From assembly GCA_963845565.1 (NCBI GenBank), contig CAWJSJ010000005.1, positions 32,001 through 96,000 on the forward strand: a stretch of 64,000 bases of DNA, written 5' to 3'. The notes below the pieces were generated by a model. It did not search any database, was not told where the DNA came from, and saw only the letters and a program-made list of their open reading frames with translations. Each line of letters opens with the position of its first letter. Position 1 is the stretch's first letter. Source of the DNA: an uncultured Methylomirabilota bacterium. Its GTDB lineage: Bacteria > Methylomirabilota > Methylomirabilia > Methylomirabilales > 2-02-FULL-66-22. Made by a program: the position numbers and the translations under genes. Of the stretch, positions 1 through 10,666 are shown one piece after another.

Positions 1-1096
1 CGGAATCCGGAACTCGGCCTGGCCGAGGTCTTCGCCAGCCAGAAGCTCCGTTCTATTCTGGAGGCCGAGGGGTTTTCCGTTGACGCCGGCATCGCCGGCA
101 TGCCGACGGCGTTGCGCGCGGCCCACGGCGCCGGGCACCCAGCGATCGCCTTCCTGGCGGAGTACGATGCGCTGCCGGCCATCGGGCACGGTTGCGGGCA
201 CAACCTGATCGCCGCCTGCTCGACGGTCGCGGCCCTGGCCTGCCGCCACGCGATCCCGCCGGACCGGGGAGGCCGGTGGCTCCTGATCGGGACCCCGGCG
301 GAAGAGACGGTCGGTGGGAAGCTGGCGATGGTGGAGGCGGGGATCGTTCGCGGAGGTGGACGCGGCCTTCATCGCCCACCCGAGCCGGCAGAACGGTCTG
401 GGCGGCAGCTCGTGGGCGAGCCACCCGCTGGAGCTCACGTTCCACGGGCGAGCCTCGCACGCCGGGGCCAGCCCCCAGGACGGGATCAACGCGCTGGACG
501 CGCTGGTCGCGGCGTACACGCAGATCCGCAATCTCAAGCACAGCCTCCGCGACGACGTGCGGCTTGCGGGCATCATCACGCACGGCGGGGATGCGCAGAA
601 CATCGTTCCCGAGCGCGCTCAGGCCCGGTTCACGGTGCGGGCCCGGGACTGGCGCTATCTGGAACAGGTCGTCCTGCCGAAGGTGAAGCAGGCGGCGGAG
701 GGGGCGGCACTGGCGGCGGGGGCCCGTCTGGAGCTTCGCCACCACGAGCCGCTCTTCCGCGAGACGCTGGAACACCCCGTCCTGCGGGACGTTGCCCGGC
801 GCAACTTCGAATACCTGGGCGAAGCGCTCCCGCCCTCCGAGGGCGGGGACGGCGGCGTGACGGACGTGGGGGGCGTGACCTGGGTCACGCCGTGCATCCA
901 GATTCGCTTCGGCATGACGAGCGCGCGGCCGCACTCCAGGGAGCTGGCGGACGACACGGTCACGCCGCGCGGCATCGACGCCACGCTGATGGCGGCCAAG
1001 GTCCTGGCGCTCTCGGCGGCCGATCTGGCGTATAACCCCGCCGCGCTTGACGAGGCTCGGAACACGCTGCGCCGTGTGGCAGATCAGGCACAGTAA
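1..1096 (+). CDS. M20 family amidohydrolase (5' end outside window; +1 frameshift near 346)
   Basis: Frame 1 from base 1 reads RNPELGLAE...AEYDALP...GHGCGHNLI...GTPAEE. It continues in the 314..1096 frame (FHGRASHAG..P.DGINALDA). One extra base lies in GGG ATC G TTC GCG. Confidence 0.85.
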
Positions 1097-1265
1097 CAGA
1101 ATACTGAAGAACTCACTATTGCCCAGGCTGCTCAAAACGGTCCAGATGCAAGGCGGCACGCGCAAGGCCGAGTGAGGCGTACTCCCGGTACGCCGCAACG
1201 AGTGCCAGCGGCGGGGACCCGTGCGCAGGACGGGTCACCGCAGATGGACCGTTTTCAGCAGCCTG
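1097..1265. mobile_element. MITE-like repeat family A, copy 1 (reverse orientation to the other copies)
   Basis: Contains CAGGCTGCTCAAAACGGTCCAGATGC...GCAGATGGACCGTTTTCAGCAGCCTG, homologous to copies at 6699, 31498 and 39927. Confidence 0.8.
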
Positions 1266-1279
1266 GTAGGGAGCGTGGA

Positions 1280-2869
1280 ATGTACGATCTTCTCTTCCGC
1301 CAAGCCACGGTTGTTGACGGGACGGGCACACCGGCTTTCACGGCGGACGTTGCGCTGGCCGAGGGCCGGTATGCCGCCGTGGCGCCACACCTCGACGGCC
1401 AGGCCGCGCAGGTCATCCCAGCGGAGGGGCTGGTCTTGGCCCCGGGCTTCATCGATCTGCACTGCCACTTCGACGCCTATCACCTGGAGCGCCCGGCGGG
1501 GGAGATCAAGATCCGCCAGGGAGTGACGCTGGAGGTGGTGGGGAACTGCGGCGCCTCGCTGGCCCCGTTGGCGTCCGAGCGGGCGCAGATGGGGGTGGAC
1601 TACTGTCTGAGCGGGCCGGGCCGGTTCGGCCAGGCGGTGGACTGGCGGAGCTACGGCCAGTACACTGCCAGGGTCGAGACCGCGCGGCCGGTCCTCAACG
1701 TCGCCGGCCTGGTGGGTCATGGCTCCTTGCGGGTGGCGGCTATGGGATTCGCCGATCGGCCTGCCACGTCCGCCGAGCTGGCCGTCATGACACGCCTGCT
1801 CGAAGAGGCCCTGGAGGCGGGCGCGGCCGGCATGTCCACCGGGTTGTATTACGCCCCAGGCCTCTTCGCCACCACCGAGGAGGTCATCGCCCTGGCCAAG
1901 GTGGTCGCGAGGCGCGGCGGCTATTACGCCAGCCACATCCGGAACGAGGCCGAGGGGCTCCTGGAGGCGCTCGACGAGGCGCTCACCATCGGCCGGGCCT
2001 CGGGGGCTCCCGTTCACATCTCGCACCTCAAGGCGGCCGGGACGCGGAACTGGGGGAAGGCCGAGGCGGCCGTGGCCAAGCTCGAGGCTGCCCGCCGGGA
2101 GGGGCTGGATGTCACCTGCGATGTTTACCCCTACCATTTCTCCAGTACCTCGCTCCAGGCGGTCATCCCGCCCTGGGCGCTGGAGGGGGGAGCGGAGCGC
2201 CTCGTCGCCCGCCTCGCCGACCCGGAGCCGCGGGCCAAGATCATCGCCCAGATCAAGGACGGCCTGCCCGGCTGGGAAAACATCTATCACAACGCCGGCT
2301 GGGAGAAGATCCTCATCTCGTCCGTCAACTCGGCCGCCAATGCCCGGGTGCAGGGTCAAAGCGTGGCCCAAGCCGCCGCCGATGCGGGCGCCGATCCGTT
2401 CGAGTGGGCCATGGATCTGCTGGTCGCCGAGCGGGGGGCGGTGAACATCATCGCCGGCTCGATGAACGAGGAGAATGTCGCGCGCTTCCTGACCCTGCCC
2501 TTTGCCATGATCGGCTCGGACGGGGCGCCGCGGAGCGGCAAGCCGCATCCCAGGGTCTACGGCACCTTCCCCAGAGTCATCCGGCGCTTCGTCCGGGAAC
2601 TGAAGTCCCTCACGCTGGAGGAGGCTGTCCGCAAGATGACGTCCGCCAGCGCCGCCCGCTTGGGTCTCTCCGACCGCGGCGTGGTCCAGGTAGGCCAGCA
2701 GGGGGATGCGGTACTCTTTGACCCGGTGACCTTCAGCGACACGGCGACGTTCGAAAATCCCTGCCAGCACCCGGTGGGACTCGCGGCGGTGACGGTGGCC
2801 GGTCGGCTGGTCGTCCATGGCGACCAGATGACCGGCGAGCGCCCGGGCCGCTTCCGGCGACGGACCTGA
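1280..2869 (+). CDS. N-acyl-D-amino-acid deacylase (D-aminoacylase family amidohydrolase)
   Basis: Motifs APGFIDLHCH, GNCG, SHIRNE, HISHLK, GSDG, HPRVYGTFPR. ATG at 1280; the upstream part of the called ORF is repeat-derived. Confidence 0.9.
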   Translation: MYDLLFRQATVVDGTGTPAFTADVALAEGRYAAVAPHLDGQAAQVIPAEGLVLAPGFIDLHCHFDAYHLERPAGEIKIRQGVTLEVVGNCGASLAPLASERAQMGVDYCLSGPGRFGQAVDWRSYGQYTARVETARPVLNVAGLVGHGSLRVAAMGFADRPATSAELAVMTRLLEEALEAGAAGMSTGLYYAPGLFATTEEVIALAKVVARRGGYYASHIRNEAEGLLEALDEALTIGRASGAPVHISHLKAAGTRNWGKAEAAVAKLEAARREGLDVTCDVYPYHFSSTSLQAVIPPWALEGGAERLVARLADPEPRAKIIAQIKDGLPGWENIYHNAGWEKILISSVNSAANARVQGQSVAQAAADAGADPFEWAMDLLVAERGAVNIIAGSMNEENVARFLTLPFAMIGSDGAPRSGKPHPRVYGTFPRVIRRFVRELKSLTLEEAVRKMTSASAARLGLSDRGVVQVGQQGDAVLFDPVTFSDTATFENPCQHPVGLAAVTVAGRLVVHGDQMTGERPGRFRRRT

Positions 2870-3212
2870 ACCACTCTTCTCTCGGTGCACGCCCGGCGGC
2901 GCGCAGGATTTCTGACTCTGGGGCGGGTACGAGACCACCGTGATCGAGCTGGTGATGCTGCCGAAGGGACAGTAAGGCCGGTCGGGTGCCCGCCAACACG
3001 GCACGCGGCCGGATCGCGAATCTCGAGGTCCTGGCACGGTAGCGGTCGAAGTGCGGCTGCCGCGTGTCACCGAGTGGGCGACCTGCCCTGCATTCCTCCG
3101 CCGAAGTTAGAAAAGGCGGCCAGAGGGGGAGTCGGGATTCCTTCGGCAGCGCCGCGAGACCTCGCATCTTTCGCGTTCACATGCTACCCTGATTCACCCC
3201 AAAGCCGTGCGC

Positions 3213-4760
3213 CTACGGCAGGATCACTTCGATGAGCCGCGGGCCGCGCGTCCGGATGGCGTCCCGGAGTTGATCGATGAATTCTTCGCACGTTCCGGCT
3301 CGACTCCCCGGGACACCCATGCCCTCCGCCAGCTTCACCCAGTCGAGGTTCGGGTTGCCGAGATCCAGCATGGCAGTCGCCTTGGGCCCGGGCGTCGCGA
3401 TCCCCATTTGTCGCAGTTCGCCCCGGAGAATCTTGTAGGCCCGATTGGCGAAGATCACCGTCACGACGTCCAGCCGCTCTCGCGCCTGCGTCCAGAGCGC
3501 CTGCAGCGTGTACATACCGGCCCCATCGCTCTCCATGGCGAACACCTTGCGGTCCGGACACGCCAGCGCCGCCCCCGTGGCCACGGGCAGCCCCTGACCG
3601 ATGGAGCCTCCCGTGACGTTCAGCCAGTCGTGCGGCGGGGCGCCGACGGTCCAGGCCTCGGCGTCGCGGCTCGACGTCACCCCCTCGTCGGAGACGATCG
3701 CGTTCTCGGGCATGAGGGCTGCGAGCGCCCGCCAGACCTTCTCCGCCGCGATCGCGCCCGTGGGCAAAGCGGGGCGGTCGTATGGATATGTCGCCGAGAC
3801 GTCCGACGAGGCGCCGACTTCCTCCGCCAGGGTTGCCATGGCGCCAAGACAATCTTCCTCGGGCGTCGCCAACACGTGGATCCGGCAGTCGTCGGGGATG
3901 ATCCAGTTGGGCTTTCCCGGCCAGGCGAAGAACGGCACGGGTGGCGGCGATCCGGCGAGGATGAGGTGCGCGGTTCCCTTGAGCATCGCCATGGCCGGCT
4001 CGATCGGGTAGGGGAGCCGCTCGACGACGACGCGTCCGGCGCCGCGCTGGGTCCGCGCGTTGACCCGGTTCCCCATGATGCGAGCCCCGGTGGCGCGGGC
4101 GATCCGGCCCGCCAGGCGAAGGCCGTCCTCCATGAACAAGGCACCGGAGAGGAAGAGGGCGGCCGGCTCGCCGCGCCGGAGCAGATCGGCGGTTCGCCGG
4201 ATCGTCGCCGGGTCGACCGCCCTCGGCCGCGGAAGAGCGGGGGCGAAGGCCGGCTCGCGGCTCTCGTTCCAGGAGGCGTCGGCGGGCAGGATCAGCGTGG
4301 CCACCTGTCCCGGCGGCGTCATCGCCGCCACGATGGCATCCGCGGCGTCGCCGGGAACGTCCGCCGCGCATCGGCTCCGCCGCACCCAGCCGGAGAAGCC
4401 CTTCACGATGGATTCGATATCGGTCGTGAGCGGCGGATCGTGCTGCAGGTGATAGGTGGTGTGGTCCCCCACGATATTGATCAGCGGCGTGTTCGCGCGT
4501 CGGGCATTGTGGAGATTGGCGAAGCCGTTGCCGAGCCCCGGCCCCAGATGGAGGAGGGTCGCCGCCGGCTTTCCGGCCATCCGGGCGTAACCGTCGGCCG
4601 CCCCCGTGCAGACGCCCTCGAAGAGGCCGAGGACGGTCCGCATCTCGCGCACGTCATCCGCGGCCGCGACGAAGTGCATCTCGGATGTGCCTGGGTTCGT
4701 GAAGCAGATCTCCACACCGCCGTTCACCAGGGTTTGCAACAGACTCTGCGCACCGGTCAT
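3213..4760 (-). CDS. ThDP-dependent enzyme, acetolactate synthase large subunit-like
   Basis: NPGTSEMHFV, LFEGVCTGAADGYAR, ThDP-binding segment ESDGAGMYTLQALWT...FAN; GGAGAG RBS upstream. Confidence 0.88.
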   Translation of the reverse strand: MTGAQSLLQTLVNGGVEICFTNPGTSEMHFVAAADDVREMRTVLGLFEGVCTGAADGYARMAGKPAATLLHLGPGLGNGFANLHNARRANTPLINIVGDHTTYHLQHDPPLTTDIESIVKGFSGWVRRSRCAADVPGDAADAIVAAMTPPGQVATLILPADASWNESREPAFAPALPRPRAVDPATIRRTADLLRRGEPAALFLSGALFMEDGLRLAGRIARATGARIMGNRVNARTQRGAGRVVVERLPYPIEPAMAMLKGTAHLILAGSPPPVPFFAWPGKPNWIIPDDCRIHVLATPEEDCLGAMATLAEEVGASSDVSATYPYDRPALPTGAIAAEKVWRALAALMPENAIVSDEGVTSSRDAEAWTVGAPPHDWLNVTGGSIGQGLPVATGAALACPDRKVFAMESDGAGMYTLQALWTQARERLDVVTVIFANRAYKILRGELRQMGIATPGPKATAMLDLGNPNLDWVKLAEGMGVPGSRAGTCEEFIDQLRDAIRTRGPRLIEVILP

Positions 4761-5043
4761 TGCGTCTCTCCATGATTGGGCGTCGCGCGCGGGAAGCGTC
4801 TCAGGCGCCAAAGGGGCATCACGCGGCCGGAAACTCGTCACCGCGTGGGTGGCGTCGGTCGCCGGGCATCGCGAGACGACGGACAGCAGAACAAACCGTC
4901 CGGAACGCTACCAGATTGCCGCCATGGGGTCAACGAAGGGCGCGCGTGTCTCGTCGATTGCCATTTGCCAATTCACCCCCTTGCCTGCTACCCTCACGCC
5001 TCGCCATCCCGAGCTATCCGGCCCCCAACGAAAGGACGCGCGC

Positions 5044-6280
5044 ATGACACAGCGGATGCCCGCTTCAACCCGCGGCTGGATCGTGACGGGCGCCGCCGTG
5101 GGTATCAATCTCATCCTCGGCGCGCTCTACGCTTGGGGCGTGATCGGCAAGGCCTTGGTCGTCCAATGGCACTGGACGAAGACCGAGGCTGCCTTGCCCT
5201 TCACGGTGTCGACAGCCGTCCTTTGCGCTCATGATGATCTTCGCCGGCCGCTGGCAGGACAAGATGGGCCCGCGACTGGTGGCGATGGTCGGCGGGGTGA
5301 TGTTCGGGTTGGCGCTCTGCGCCTCCGCCTATGCCGGGACCCCTGTGCTGATGCTGCTCACATTCGGTGTTGTCGGGGGCATCGGGATCGGTCTCTGCTA
5401 TTCGGCGACCACGCCGCCCGCCATCAAGTGGTTTCCGTCGGCGAAGAAGGGGCTCATCACCGGGATCGTCGTCAGCGGCGTCGGACTGGCCGCCGTCTAC
5501 GTGTCGCCACTGACCCAGGTCCTGCTGGAGCGGACGAGTATCCCGACCACGTTCATGTCTTTGGGATTGGGCGCCACGCTGCTGATCTGCATCTTTTCTC
5601 AATTTCTCACCAACCCGCCCGCCGGTTATGTGGCCGTCGCCGCCGGCGCCCCGGCGGCCGCTGCCGCGAAACCGCTCACCGCCCGGCGCGACCTCGACTG
5701 GAACGAGATGCTCCGGGGGGCGCAGTTCTATCAACTGTGGCTGATGTTCATCTTGGCCGCCTCGGCCGGGCTGATGATCATCGCCCATGTGGCCATCATC
5801 GCCAAGGAGCAGGCACGGTGGGAGTGGGGGTTCGTGCCGGTGGCCATGCTGGCGATCTTCAACACCATCGGACGGGTGGTGAGCGGCTACCTGTCGGACC
5901 GAATCGGGCGCACGCGGACGATGGTGCTGGCCTTCGCGCTCCAGGCGCTCAATATGTTCGCCTTCGCCTCCTACACCAGCCCGGCACTCCTGGTGTTTGG
6001 GTCGGCATTCACGGGCCTCTGCTACGGGACGGTGTTCACCCTGATGCCCGCCGCCACTGCGGACTTCTACGGGGTCCGAAATCTCGGGGTGAACTACGGC
6101 CTGGTCTTCACCGCCTTCGGCGTCGCCGGCGTCCTTGGGCCGCTGCTCGGCGGACGGATTCGCGATGTCGCCGGTTCGTACACGATGTCCTACACCATCT
6201 CGGCGTGTATGCTGCTGCTCGCCGCCGTGCTGGCCTTTGTCATCCGCCCACCCGAGGACAAGGTGGGTCCGGGGCGGTAA
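5044..6280 (+). CDS. OFA (oxalate/formate antiporter-like) MFS transporter; +1 frameshift near 5220
   Basis: N-terminus GINLILGALYAWGV lies in the 4606 frame and continues in 5231..6280 (GRWQDKMGPR, KWFP..KGLITG, GVNYGLVFTAFG). Confidence 0.85.
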
Positions 6281-6335
6281 CGATCACCTATCAGCTTGGC
6301 CGCCCGGCAATGCGTTGTCGGAAAGGAGTCGAACG

Positions 6336-6698
6336 ATGGGCGTCATCCACAGGAAGCTTCCCGGGAAGTACGAGTGGGAGAATACCGATCTTGTGACGTA
6401 CAACCATCCGACCGTGAAGGGGGTGTCGAAGCGGGTGTTGATCGGGCCCAAGGATGGGGCGCAGGGGTTCGCCATGCGCTACTTCGAGGTCCAGCCGGGC
6501 GGCAACTCGGCCTTCGAGCATCATCCGGAGATTCACCAGGTCTATGTCCTGCGGGGGCGGGGGCGGGTGCTGATCGGGACGGAGTGGCACGAGATCGTCG
6601 AAGGGGACGTCATCTACATCGGGCCTGAGGAGCAGCATCAACTTCAGGCGGCGCCCGACGCTCCCCTGGGGTTTATCTGCGTGGCGCCGAAGGCCTAG
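6336..6698 (+). CDS. Cupin domain protein
   Basis: FAMRYFEVQPGG..EHHPEIHQVYVLRG...GDVIYIGPEEQHQL; AAGGAG RBS. Confidence 0.85.
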   Translation: MGVIHRKLPGKYEWENTDLVTYNHPTVKGVSKRVLIGPKDGAQGFAMRYFEVQPGGNSAFEHHPEIHQVYVLRGRGRVLIGTEWHEIVEGDVIYIGPEEQHQLQAAPDAPLGFICVAPKA

Positions 6699-6870
6699 CC
6701 GGCTGCTGAAAACGGCCCATCTGCGGTGACCCATCCTGCGGATGGGTGCCCCGCCCGCTTGAGCACTCGCTGCGGCGTACCGTGAGTACGCCTCACTCGG
6801 CTCTACGCGTTCCGCCTTGCATCTGGACCGTTTTGAGCAGCCTGGGGAAAAGCGATTTTTCCGCATCCTG
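6699..6870. mobile_element. MITE-like repeat family A, copy 2
   Basis: GGCTGCTGAAAACGGCCCATCTGC...GCATCTGGACCGTTTTGAGCAGCCTG...TTTTTCCGCATCCTG, located between convergent genes. Confidence 0.8.
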
Positions 6871-7675
6871 CAAGGACGGCGCGTTGACGGGCGCGGAGAC
6901 TGCGGAAGCCTACCCGTGCCAGGGTAACCTCGGTGGTGTCGAGGAGGTCGCCGCGGATGCCGATGGTGACGTCGGTGAGCGGCACGGTGCTTTCGGCGGC
7001 GCGCAGGGCGAACTGGGCGAGACGGGTGAAGCCGGAGCAGCAGGGGACCTCCATGTGGACCACCGTGAGGCTCTTGGGACGCGCCACCCGAAGGATCTCG
7101 GTCAGCTTCTTGGCGTAGAGATCCATCTGGTCCAGCTTGGGGCACCCGATGAGGACCGGTTTGTTCCTGAGAAATCGCTGGTGGAACTCCGGGTAGGCGA
7201 ACGGGACGCAGTCCGCGACCAGCAGGATGTCCGCCCCCTGCAGATACGGCGCCGCCGGCGGAACCAGGGTGAGCTGGATCGGCCAGTGGGTGAGCTCGGA
7301 GGCCACGGCGCCGGTGGCCGCGGACACCGCTGCGGCGTTCGCCGGCCGGCCGAAGCTCCGCATCGCAGAGCCCGGACACTGGTGCGGCGTGTCCATCACC
7401 GGGATCGGCGCGGGCCCGCCGTGCGTCCCCTGCAAGCGGGTGAGGTGTTTCTGGGTTTCGGCTTCGTCGAAGGCGGCGGCCTCGCGCTCCTCGATGGTGA
7501 TGGCGTCCTGCGGACAGTGGCCCAGACAGGCGCCCAGGCCGTCGCAGTAGATCTCACTCACCAGTCGGGCCTTGCCATCGATCACGGCGATCGCGCCCTC
7601 GGCGCAACTCGTCACGCACTCGCCGCACCCGTCACACTTCGCCTCGTCGATCCGGATCACCTTGCGTGTCGCCAT
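6803..7675 (-). CDS. 2x[4Fe-4S] ferredoxin-domain protein of the type usually found with hcp
   Basis: CDGCGECVTSC, CDGLGACLGHCP, WPIQL, ADC, GCPKLD, MEVPCC; AAGGAG RBS. The stop codon lies inside MITE A2. Confidence 0.85.
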   Translation of the reverse strand: MATRKVIRIDEAKCDGCGECVTSCAEGAIAVIDGKARLVSEIYCDGLGACLGHCPQDAITIEEREAAAFDEAETQKHLTRLQGTHGGPAPIPVMDTPHQCPGSAMRSFGRPANAAAVSAATGAVASELTHWPIQLTLVPPAAPYLQGADILLVADCVPFAYPEFHQRFLRNKPVLIGCPKLDQMDLYAKKLTEILRVARPKSLTVVHMEVPCCSGFTRLAQFALRAAESTVPLTDVTIGIRGDLLDTTEVTLARVGFRSLRARQRAVLAGCGKIAFPQAAQNGPDARRNA

Positions 7676-7746
7676 CGTCAGCACTCCTTCGTCTTTCAGC
7701 CGCTCACCCTCGGACCTGAACCGCTATGCGCCCCGACCCTTGTGGG

Positions 7747-7791
7747 AGTATAATGCCGGAACAGCCGCAGGCGGTCCTTGATCCAGATCAA
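7747..7791 (-). promoter_or_regulatory. Perfect FNR/Dnr-type box with a class II promoter for the Fe-S gene
   Basis: TTGAT-CCAG-ATCAA at 7778-7791; minus-strand TATACT (-10) at 7747-7752. Confidence 0.8.
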
Positions 7792-7808
7792 TTCCGGCTT
7801 ATTTGGTA

Positions 7809-7917
7809 CGCCGTGTCAAAAAATTAGTTGAGCGGAGACATTCCGAAACGGCTTAAGGAGCCGTAACGAAATAGAAAGAGATGTCGAGGTTATTTCGTAA
7901 CAGCTCCTAACGGCTCC
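7809..7917. mobile_element. MITE-like repeat family B, copy 1
   Basis: TA|CGCCGTGTCAAA...GTTATTTCGTAACAGCTCC|TA plus a duplicated ACGGCTCC-TA end; highly similar to 49133-49234. Confidence 0.8.
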
Positions 7918-7946
7918 TAACCCGCTGTCGCGAAAGGGTTGCGCCG

Positions 7947-8627
7947 GTGAATATTGACGAAACCCTCGCCGCATGCAGCTTCATTTCCCAGGTGGACGGC
8001 CCGAGCCGGAAACGGCTGACCCGAATGGCCGTCCGGCGCGAATACGGGAAAGGAGAGGTGATCTTCCGGGACGGCGACGCCGCCCCCGGCGTCTTCATCG
8101 TGGCCAGCGGACTGGTGCGAGTGTACAAACTCGCGCCGAGCGGCAAGGAGCACGTCCTGCACCTGGCCGGCCCCGGGATGACCTTTGCGGAGGTCGCCGT
8201 GTTGGGGGATTTTCCGTGTCCGGCGTTCGCGGAGGCCCTGGAGGCGACCGACTGCGTCCTGCTACCCACGGCGCCGTTCATGCAAGCCCTTCAAGAGGAT
8301 CATCGCCTGAGTCTGCAAATCTTGTCCAGCATGGGGATGTGGGTCAAGTCGCTGGTCTCCTTGCTGGAGGACATCGTCCTGCGCGACGCCGCCGGGCGGG
8401 TAGCCGGTTACCTGCTCCAGTCCCAGACCGACCAGGAGGGCGCCATCGCGCTCCCCGGACTGAAGAAGCACGTTGCCAGCCATCTCAACTTGACCAGCGA
8501 GACTCTGTCGCGCACCTTGCGCCAGCTCCGGGAGGAGCGATTGATCAGTGAAACGGCGGAGGGGCTGATCATCCATGACGCGCCGGGGCTGCAGCGCATC
8601 GCAGAGGGGTTCTTCCCGCGCTTGTGA
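7947..8627 (+). CDS. Crp/Fnr family regulator (HcpR/Dnr-like)
   Basis: cNMP-binding domain (VIFRDGD, GLVRVYK, TFAEVAV) and HTH with ETLSR; no N-terminal FNR cysteine cluster. Confidence 0.9.
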   Translation: MNIDETLAACSFISQVDGPSRKRLTRMAVRREYGKGEVIFRDGDAAPGVFIVASGLVRVYKLAPSGKEHVLHLAGPGMTFAEVAVLGDFPCPAFAEALEATDCVLLPTAPFMQALQEDHRLSLQILSSMGMWVKSLVSLLEDIVLRDAAGRVAGYLLQSQTDQEGAIALPGLKKHVASHLNLTSETLSRTLRQLREERLISETAEGLIIHDAPGLQRIAEGFFPRL

Positions 8628-8859
8628 CCGGCGTGGCGCCGAATTACCGAGCCTGCCGCCGCGGCCGGCGGCGGGGTGTCGCAGAATCGCCACGGAAAAC
8701 TCCTCGACAGGGTCGGCTTTCCGAGTGTAATCTGTATTGAATAGGGTCCGTTTGCCCGTTGCGGGTGGACCATCGTCCCGATTCCTTCTCCCCGGTGTCA
8801 CGCTTTCCGCCGTCGGGAAATTTCCCGGCAGGGCCAGGTTGGTTCCACTCAACCACAGG

Positions 8860-10257
8860 ATGAGCATGGATTTTCTCTCCCTTGATTTGCCCGAATCCGT
8901 GATGCGAGGGATTCAGATCGCCGGATTCACGACCTGCACTCCCATCCAGGAAGAAACGCTGCCGATCGCGCTCCGCGGGCGCGACGTGGCCGGCCAGGCC
9001 CAAACCGGGACCGGCAAGACGGCCGCCTTTCTGATCGCGATCTTCACGCGCCTCTTGCGGGAGCCCGACCGGCGCCGGAAGGGCATGGCTGCGCCCCGCG
9101 CCCTGGTGGTCGCGCCGACGCGGGAACTGGCCGTGCAGATCTACAACGACGCCTGCCTCCTCGGGCAGGAGACGGGCCTTGACATGCAGGTGGTCTACGG
9201 CGGCGTGGACTACCACAAGCAGCGCGAAACGCTCCGGGCCGGCGTGGACCTGCTCGTCGGGACGCCCGGGCGACTCATCGACTACTTCAAGCAGGGCGTG
9301 TTCGAACTGAACGCCGTGGAGGTGCTGGTCATCGACGAGGCGGACCGGATGTTCGATATGGGGTTCATCAAGGACATCCGCTACTTCGTCCGACACCTGC
9401 CGCCGCCGGAAAAGCGTCAATCCTCGCTCTTCTCGGCAACGCTGAGCCAGCAAGTGCTGGAGTTGGCGTACGAGTCCATGAACAATCCGACCATGGTAGC
9501 GGTGGCGCCGGAACGGGTGACCGCAGACGGTATCGAAGAGGTGCTCTACCATGTGTCGCGGGAGGAGAAGTTCCCGCTGTTCCTCGGCCTCATGGCGCGG
9601 GAGCAAGGAAAACGGATCCTGATTTTCGCCAACATGAAGCACGAGGTGGAGCGGCTGGCCGACCGACTGATCCGGCAGGGGTACCACGCCCGGGCTATTA
9701 CCGGCGATGTGGATCAGCATAAGCGTCTGAAAATCATGGAGGCCTTCAAGGAGGGGGGACTTCACATCCTGGTCGCCACGGATGTCGCCTCCCGGGGCCT
9801 GCACATCGAGGCCGTGACCCACGTCGTGAACTACGACCTGCCGCAGGACCCCGAAGACTACGTCCATCGGATCGGTCGGACGGCCCGCGCCGGCGCCTCG
9901 GGGAAGGCCATCAGCCTGGCGGACGAGGCCTGCGTGCTCGCCCTCCCGGCCATCGAGGAACTCATCGGCCACAAGATTCCCGTGGAGTGGGCAGGCGACG
10001 ACCTCTTCGTGAAACCTACGTGGGGCGCGGATGCGCCGTCTTCGGCGGCTCCGCGCCGCCGTCCGGCGCGCGGCAAGTCGACCGGCCCGTCCCGTCCAAG
10101 GCGCCCGTCCGGTCCGGCCCGGCCAAGTCGACCGGCCCAGCCTGCCCGCCCTGCCCAACCGGTGGCCCAAGAGGGCGAGGTGAAGAAGAAGCGCCGGCGT
10201 CGCCGAAAAAAACCGGCGGGCGCTGGGACGCCGCCGCCTGGAGGCGGCGAGCCCTAA
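8860..10257 (+). CDS. rhlB: DEAD-box RNA helicase, RhlB-like
   Basis: AQTGTGKT, PTRELA, DEADRMFDMGF, SAT, HRIGRTAR; basic low-complexity tail. Start could also be 8866. Confidence 0.85.
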   Translation: MSMDFLSLDLPESVMRGIQIAGFTTCTPIQEETLPIALRGRDVAGQAQTGTGKTAAFLIAIFTRLLREPDRRRKGMAAPRALVVAPTRELAVQIYNDACLLGQETGLDMQVVYGGVDYHKQRETLRAGVDLLVGTPGRLIDYFKQGVFELNAVEVLVIDEADRMFDMGFIKDIRYFVRHLPPPEKRQSSLFSATLSQQVLELAYESMNNPTMVAVAPERVTADGIEEVLYHVSREEKFPLFLGLMAREQGKRILIFANMKHEVERLADRLIRQGYHARAITGDVDQHKRLKIMEAFKEGGLHILVATDVASRGLHIEAVTHVVNYDLPQDPEDYVHRIGRTARAGASGKAISLADEACVLALPAIEELIGHKIPVEWAGDDLFVKPTWGADAPSSAAPRRRPARGKSTGPSRPRRPSGPARPSRPAQPARPAQPVAQEGEVKKKRRRRRKKPAGAGTPPPGGGEP

Positions 10258-10307
10258 GCCGTTGTCAAAGACCGACTTGAATGGACAGGTTATTTCGTAA
10301 CGGCTCC
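10257..10307. mobile_element. MITE-like repeat family B, short copy
   Basis: AGCCGTTGTCAAAG...GGACAGGTTATTTCGTAACGGCTCC, overlapping the helicase TAA stop. Confidence 0.7.
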
Positions 10308-10344
10308 GAACGGCCGCGCTGATGTTCCCGAGAGGAGATCGTGT

Positions 10345-10662
10345 ATGCCGACGAAGGACGAGCACTTTGGAATCGGCCTGGGCCTGTACGGGAAGAGCCG
10401 GTACGAGGAAGCCTTGGCCGAGCTCGCCAAGGCGGTGGAGCTGGATCCCCAATTCGCCGATGCACACCTGGCCATCGGGCACACGCTGCACAAGCTGAAG
10501 CGGCTACCCGAGGCGGTGGATGCGATCAAGAAGGCGATCGCCATCAACGCGCAAGAGGTCCTGTACCATACGAGCCTTTCCACCGTCTACCGGGACATGG
10601 GGATGATTCCCGAGGCGGAGGAAGAGATGGCGGTCTCGTTTCAATTGCAGCGCGGGTACTAG
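10345..10662 (+). CDS. Tetratricopeptide repeat protein
   Basis: TPR pattern YEEALAELAKAVELDPQFADAHLAIG; GAGGAG RBS. Confidence 0.85.
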   Translation: MPTKDEHFGIGLGLYGKSRYEEALAELAKAVELDPQFADAHLAIGHTLHKLKRLPEAVDAIKKAIAINAQEVLYHTSLSTVYRDMGMIPEAEEEMAVSFQLQRGY

Positions 10663-10666
10663 AGGA

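Noticed and set aside
2915..2975. Short coding-like fragment GGYETTVIELVMLPKGQ* after the D-aminoacylase
   Set aside because: Too short to assign; possibly a gene remnant but unsupported.
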